A DNA stretch of 64,000 nucleotides from Eledone cirrhosa. Lineage: Eukaryota. Of this stretch, positions 58,015-64,000 are shown one piece after another. The position numbers and the translations under genes are program-made. The notes under the pieces are model-generated. The model saw only the letters and a program-made list of their open reading frames with translations, had not been told where the DNA came from and did not search any database. How positions within the stretch are numbered: position 1 is the stretch's first letter; each line of letters opens with the position of its first letter. The stretch covers positions 82,150,001-82,214,000 of the forward strand of contig OZ024747.1 in assembly GCA_964016885.1 (NCBI GenBank). Reading direction: 5' to 3'.

Positions 58015-58112
58015 GTATGTATATGTATGTATGTTATGTATGTATGTATATATATATGTATGTATATATATGTATATGTATATATATGTATATGTATGTA
58101 TATGTATGTATG

Positions 58113-58143
<31 letters not shown>

Positions 58144-58150
58144 ATGTATG

Positions 58151-58258
<108 letters not shown>

Positions 58259-59304
58259 TATATATATATAATAGAATTATATATATATATAATTCTATTC
58301 ATTATGCTTTATACATACTTACACACAATGTTTTTATGTGCAAGTCTGCATGTAAAAGTGTATACATGTATTTGACTATATATGTATGTGTTTTTCTGTT
58401 TATGAATCTTGATTAAAATGCTAAACATATTGATTTCTTGCACAAAGACATAAATTGGTAATATGTTCGTATAATCGATCGAATCGATCCTTGGTTGGAG
58501 TAAAGAAACAGTCAACTCCGATTTGGGAGTTGAAGGGTGACACCGTTTCTTTTTCAGCTTTTCTATTTAGTCCTTTCATTACCATATTTTAATAAAACAC
58601 ACCGCCTAGGTTTTCAAATAAATTTGAAAAGAACCACAGATTCGGAGGGATTTAGTAATATAGCCAACTTTTCGATAATAAAGCTGATGTTTGGAGCATA
58701 ACTTAAAGTTCTCTTACATAAAATCATCATGGAAGGTTTTCAAATAAACATAAACTCTTTAAAATAAACAGATATGTATCATAAACCAGGGGCTGTTTGC
58801 CATCAAAAGGGTTGCAATTACACTGACAGACAAATTTATCTGTATTCACAAAATTCAACATCAAAGTTGAGTGATCTTAGCAAAATCAACGCAACGATCA
58901 CAAATTTGATATTTTTTAATATGCGGCTAAAGATTTAATGAAAATGTAATTTCATATTTTGATTTATATTAAACGAAGGCATAATATGTTGCAACAATTC
59001 AAATGACTACATTTTATCCAAACATGGCTTAAATGTAGGGCAACAATCCATGCTTTTCAATTATTTAGAGCATTTACAACAATTTTTTCAGGGATGAAAA
59101 TATATTGAGAGAGCGAAGAAGAGACAATTCCTTGTGTAACATATCTTTAATACTTTACTTTAATGCTGCCATAAAGAGGTTCTGGACATTGTTATTATTA
59201 TCTGTCGTTAAACAAAGAACCAGACCGAGAACACTGGTATAGATCAATATCCTTCTGGAAGAAGGCGTATAACTATAGTGATCTTTAGCGAGAGAGAAAG
59301 AAAG

Positions 59305-60040
<736 letters not shown>

Positions 60041-61421
60041 ACAATGTTAACAAACACCCACAAGGGTGTATATTGAAATGTCTTCTTTAATTAAATAATT
60101 TTACAAGGAGCATTATTATTAAATGTTGCATTATGATATCCCTTATATCATAAGTTTTATATTTTCTTTTTAAAAAGTGTTAGCATTTATAAAACTTTAT
60201 ATAGAATAATAATTTTATATTTAGGTTTGTAGATGAGGTAATTGGTTCGTATAACGTTTTACGAAGATGTATGATAGTGAAAAATAAAGGCCGAATTCAT
60301 GATTAGCGAAGTTACCCAATAACTGATTAAATTTATTGATTAATTAAGGAATCGTTATATTTTAGTGGTTAAATTGTTCGGGTAAAGTACAAAATGTTCA
60401 TACATTCAACTGAGTGAAATATTTAATGATTTTCAACAAAGAGTTGAAGTCAAAAAGAGAGAGTTAAAATAAACAGGAAATGGTAAAGGAAAATAATTAG
60501 TTCAACAAAGTTTTCCACAACATAGCGGAACTTACTGTGTTCAGGAAATGTAAGATGGCCTACACCACCATGAACCAGCTTGATTTCCGCTCTGTGTACG
60601 TCCATTCCCCAACTCTTCTGTGTAAACGTCCAGCTCTCCCAACGCAAATGGGACACCCTCCAGCCTTAGACAGGCTTGTGCGCCGGCTTCATCCGCACCA
60701 TCTGGCATGTTTTCGTTCGGCCTCACAACCCAAATCTGTTATTTTAATATATAATATAAGCGAGGCAAGCCAGTCTAGTTGCCACTTCTTGCCAATAAGC
60801 ATTAACTCTTTGTTCGTCATTCATCTAATTGTAGACCAACAAATAGCAACTAAACGGAGCGTTGAAAAGAACGATGGCGAATGAATATTCGAGGTAAGCA
60901 GTTTCCTCCCGAGCTGTTAGTTCGCGTGGGATTCTCTGCTACACCGTTTCGTAATAATACCGAACAACTGCTGGTCACTCCTTCTTCCAAAAGCCGTACA
61001 AAGCGGACATGTGCATCTGGCAGATGGATCGGGTGCAAATCTACACCAGGCCTACGCGAGAAATTTGCAAAGGACTGCACCGAGGGGGATAGAGAGAAAG
61101 AGTAACTTAGTGACAAGAGTGCGAATGAACTTTTGAGGTAAGTAGCCTACGCCTTACTGCTATGACACTGGAACCTTCTGCCAACTTAACCTGTGACTTT
61201 CTCTTTCACATTTACTCCAAAAGGCCAAAACTGAGGAGTATGAAAAGAAGGGGCTCAACAATATTTCTATGAACAATGCACGTAGACAGCTAAACTGTAC
61301 TTTCAACTTCTTAATTTTCTCCAAATAAAACAAGTTTCCTGTCGGTATATTTTCGTGAGTTTTTAACAGGAACTCACAAATAAACGTTTCTCATTGGAGG
61401 TGCTATTACCAATGTTCTTAT

Positions 61422-61448
61422 CCGTGCAACGCCGGAATACACTGCTAG
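61422..61448 (+). mobile_element. Helitron 3' terminus
   Basis: ccgtgcaacgccgg hairpin plus actgCTAG|T, similar to the terminus at 36112. Confidence 0.65.
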
Positions 61449-63187
61449 TCTCATATAAAACAGCAAGCTACTACATGTAGCATTCCTAGACGATATGTCT
61501 ACTTGCTTAGTGATATAAAGCAAGTAAAATTAAGTATCTTACCCGAGACCTTGCGAAGCATATAGAGCAGATGTAACCTCACAACTCATGTATTAGTTGT
61601 CTAATACTTTATCCAAACATCGCGGAGGAAACGAACATAATTATACTGTTTGTAAACTGAATTATAATGTACTATAATGTAATACGAAATAATTATTAAA
61701 TGAAATAGAATGTACGAGAATGAAACAACGTAGTATAAAGAAACACGGTGTAAGTAGATTTAAATATCTGGCCCGAGGACAAGATTCGACATTAGCTACA
61801 AGGTGAAAATACTTATGGTCAATATCAGGACCATGACCTTATCACCTGTAGAAGTGAATATTTATTGTATGGGAAATGGATGTAAGAATATAAGACATTG
61901 TTTGAAAAATGTTCGGTAGTATAGAATTTAATAGAAGTGGAGTACTTTTATATGTATTTCTGTATATTAGCATAGCCCTAGGCAATTATACATATGTGGA
62001 CGCACGCGCACATACATACTGTAAAGGAAACTACCTGAACTAATAGAGCACCCAATACGATTGTAGCATAATATATAAGCAAGAATTCGAGCTTGGTCTC
62101 CTGCGTAAGGAGACTTTCCTTCCTTCCCCACTTGTCTCTAAGGCCTTGAAAAGGGTCAGGAAAACTGCCCTTCCGTCTGACGAAGTGAGAACTATACAAT
62201 TGAGTAAAATGTATCGTTAATCTTATTGACGCCACTAGTGAACAACCCAAGAATAAGTAGGTACTGCTTTTAGACATCTCGTTCAGAAATCGATTATACT
62301 AACATAACACCTCGTTCTGGCATCGCTTCACGAAAAACAATACTTCAGTCTCAGGAATAAAATATAAATATTAAATGATTAATTTAATAGTTGGCAACGT
62401 TTTGCAGAAATGTGTCCAGGAACTGTTAGCCCTGTATCTCAAACAATTCTATAAAATATCTATCAGAAAGTCTCTTGATTCTCAACAGAAATTTTAAACT
62501 TTCATATTTTTACTGAATACCGAAACTGCATTTGATACATTAGAATATAAGCAGGACTGATATGTTATGTGTAATGACTGGTACTTGACATCGGCCAACA
62601 TCATGGGTCACATGACATGACCCCTTGAATGAAAATATTGTTTTACGTGTTTAACAACCAAGGAGATCGAAATTAAGGAAGAAAGTATAAGTGCTTTTTC
62701 CATTTATTTCATTGAAAGCAATAGAAATGAACTTAAAATATGTAGGAATGTGATTTGAATTAGTGGAAAAATGAATGAACGAACGTAGTAGGCATGTCTA
62801 CTGCTTCAATGGAGTGCATTATATCTTGCTGTCATCAAGTTAATGATAACTGGAATGGAAGTTGTAATCTTCCAAGAACGAAAGAAAATTTAAAAAATAA
62901 AAAACATTTGAGGGATACCATCTTTTGTTGAGAAAACTGAAAAGTTGTAGTTTATCAATAAAATAATTCTTGTAATATTTCTGCTTTAAAATAAGTGATG
63001 AAAAGGTCGCAACAACCAAACAGTGAGAGTTTAGGGATGAATCTGTGCATTGCTACTGAATGGTGCAACGCTGTGTGCTGGGGAAGAAACGAAGAAGGCA
63101 AACTACACTGCTACTGGGAAGATAAACTAAGTTCAAGCTGTGTTATTTCCAACAAATCATCACTGATGTTGAATCATATATATATAT

Positions 63188-63770
63188 GTCAGGTCACCAG
63201 TTGGTACTACTGGTAACATGGTCGGGTCGTTGGCGACTAAACTGGCAACCCCACCAATGTTTCTTGGTGAGGAGGGTGACTTTGGACATCCTGCAAGACT
63301 AAAAACAAAACCTGTCAAAGGGCAAAGGAGCTCTTAAGAGTCAATGGCCATCCAAAATCACCGGGAGAGATTACCCCTTAGCCTTTGTCAAGGCAGAATT
63401 CTAGGAGAAGGAAAACTCTGGATATAACGCCTACAACCCTGATGGTATCCAATGATGTTGACTTGTTCTTCTTTTTGGTAAATATCATCTTGGTTAAGAG
63501 AGTGGGACTGGCTTTGTGCAGTGCCTTTGCTCACTATAAAAGCTTCACGGCACAGGCATTGCTTTATATCTGGAGATCTCTCTGCACTTGTCGTCACATG
63601 GTACCATGGGCCCAGCACTATGTGTCAATAATTGTCACAAGTGTAGTGTTTGTTCCAGAGTTTTCAAGTCGCTGGCTGGACTAAAATGTCACACTCGTTC
63701 AGCGCATCGGTAGGGGTTCTCCTACATGGATATAAAGTAGTGGCCGTACTCGAAAACGAGTTGGCAGCCA

Positions 63771-63773
<3 letters not shown>
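63188..63773 (+). mobile_element. Bipartite non-autonomous RTE-derived element (longest copy)
   Basis: 5' part has ctaggagaaggaaaactctg (recalled as an RTE 5' UTR motif); 3' part encodes a C2H2-like terminus (family consensus [25 protein letters not shown]), then a short UTR and microsatellite tail. Confidence 0.75.
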
Positions 63774-63835
<62 letters not shown>

Positions 63836-63838
<3 letters not shown>

Positions 63839-63975
63839 TGGCTGCCAACTCGTTTTCGAGTACGGCCACTACTTTATATCCATGTAGGAGAACCCCTACT
63901 GATGCGCTGAACGAGTGTGACATTTTAGTCCAGCCAGCGACTTGAAAATTCTGGTACAAACACTACACTTGTGAC
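63836..63975 (-). mobile_element. 3' fragment of the same element, tail-to-tail with the previous copy
   Basis: Reverse complement of 63634-63773 across a shared (TA)n tract. Confidence 0.9.
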
Positions 63976-64000
63976 TTCTCTGGTAGTTCAGAGATAGCTG

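Noticed and set aside
63385-63684. Recurrent ORF '[22 protein letters not shown]...' in several loci
   Set aside because: It is a by-product of the repeated RTE-derived element; the meaningful zinc-finger remnant is in a different frame.

Overview
AT-rich, microsatellite-dense eukaryotic intergenic or intronic DNA. Its repeat content resembles a cephalopod (octopus-like) genome; this is inference from SINE types and microsatellite load. No host gene can be called confidently, and most ORF-track entries are translations of (TA)n/(CA)n/(CT)n/trinucleotide arrays. Supported features: (1) two CR1-group LINE families, one with an intact 1006-aa APE-RT ORF2 and one near full-length but disabled, whose ORF1 has a Myb/SANT-like N-terminus and a CCCH finger; (2) a decayed Tc1 transposon; (3) a non-autonomous Helitron, several MITEs and a probable Chapaev3-like remnant; (4) many tRNA-derived SINEs of two types; (5) five copies of a bipartite RTE-derived non-autonomous element. 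The most striking unannotated signal is a dozen or so type I hammerhead ribozyme motifs or remnants from several unrelated sequence families. Some have an intact catalytic core. They sit in short fold-back cassettes embedded in (TA)n, consistent with Penelope-like retroelement termini. Both LINEs also show an AUG-less ORF2 overlapping ORF1 in the -1 frame, with slippery heptamers at the junction.
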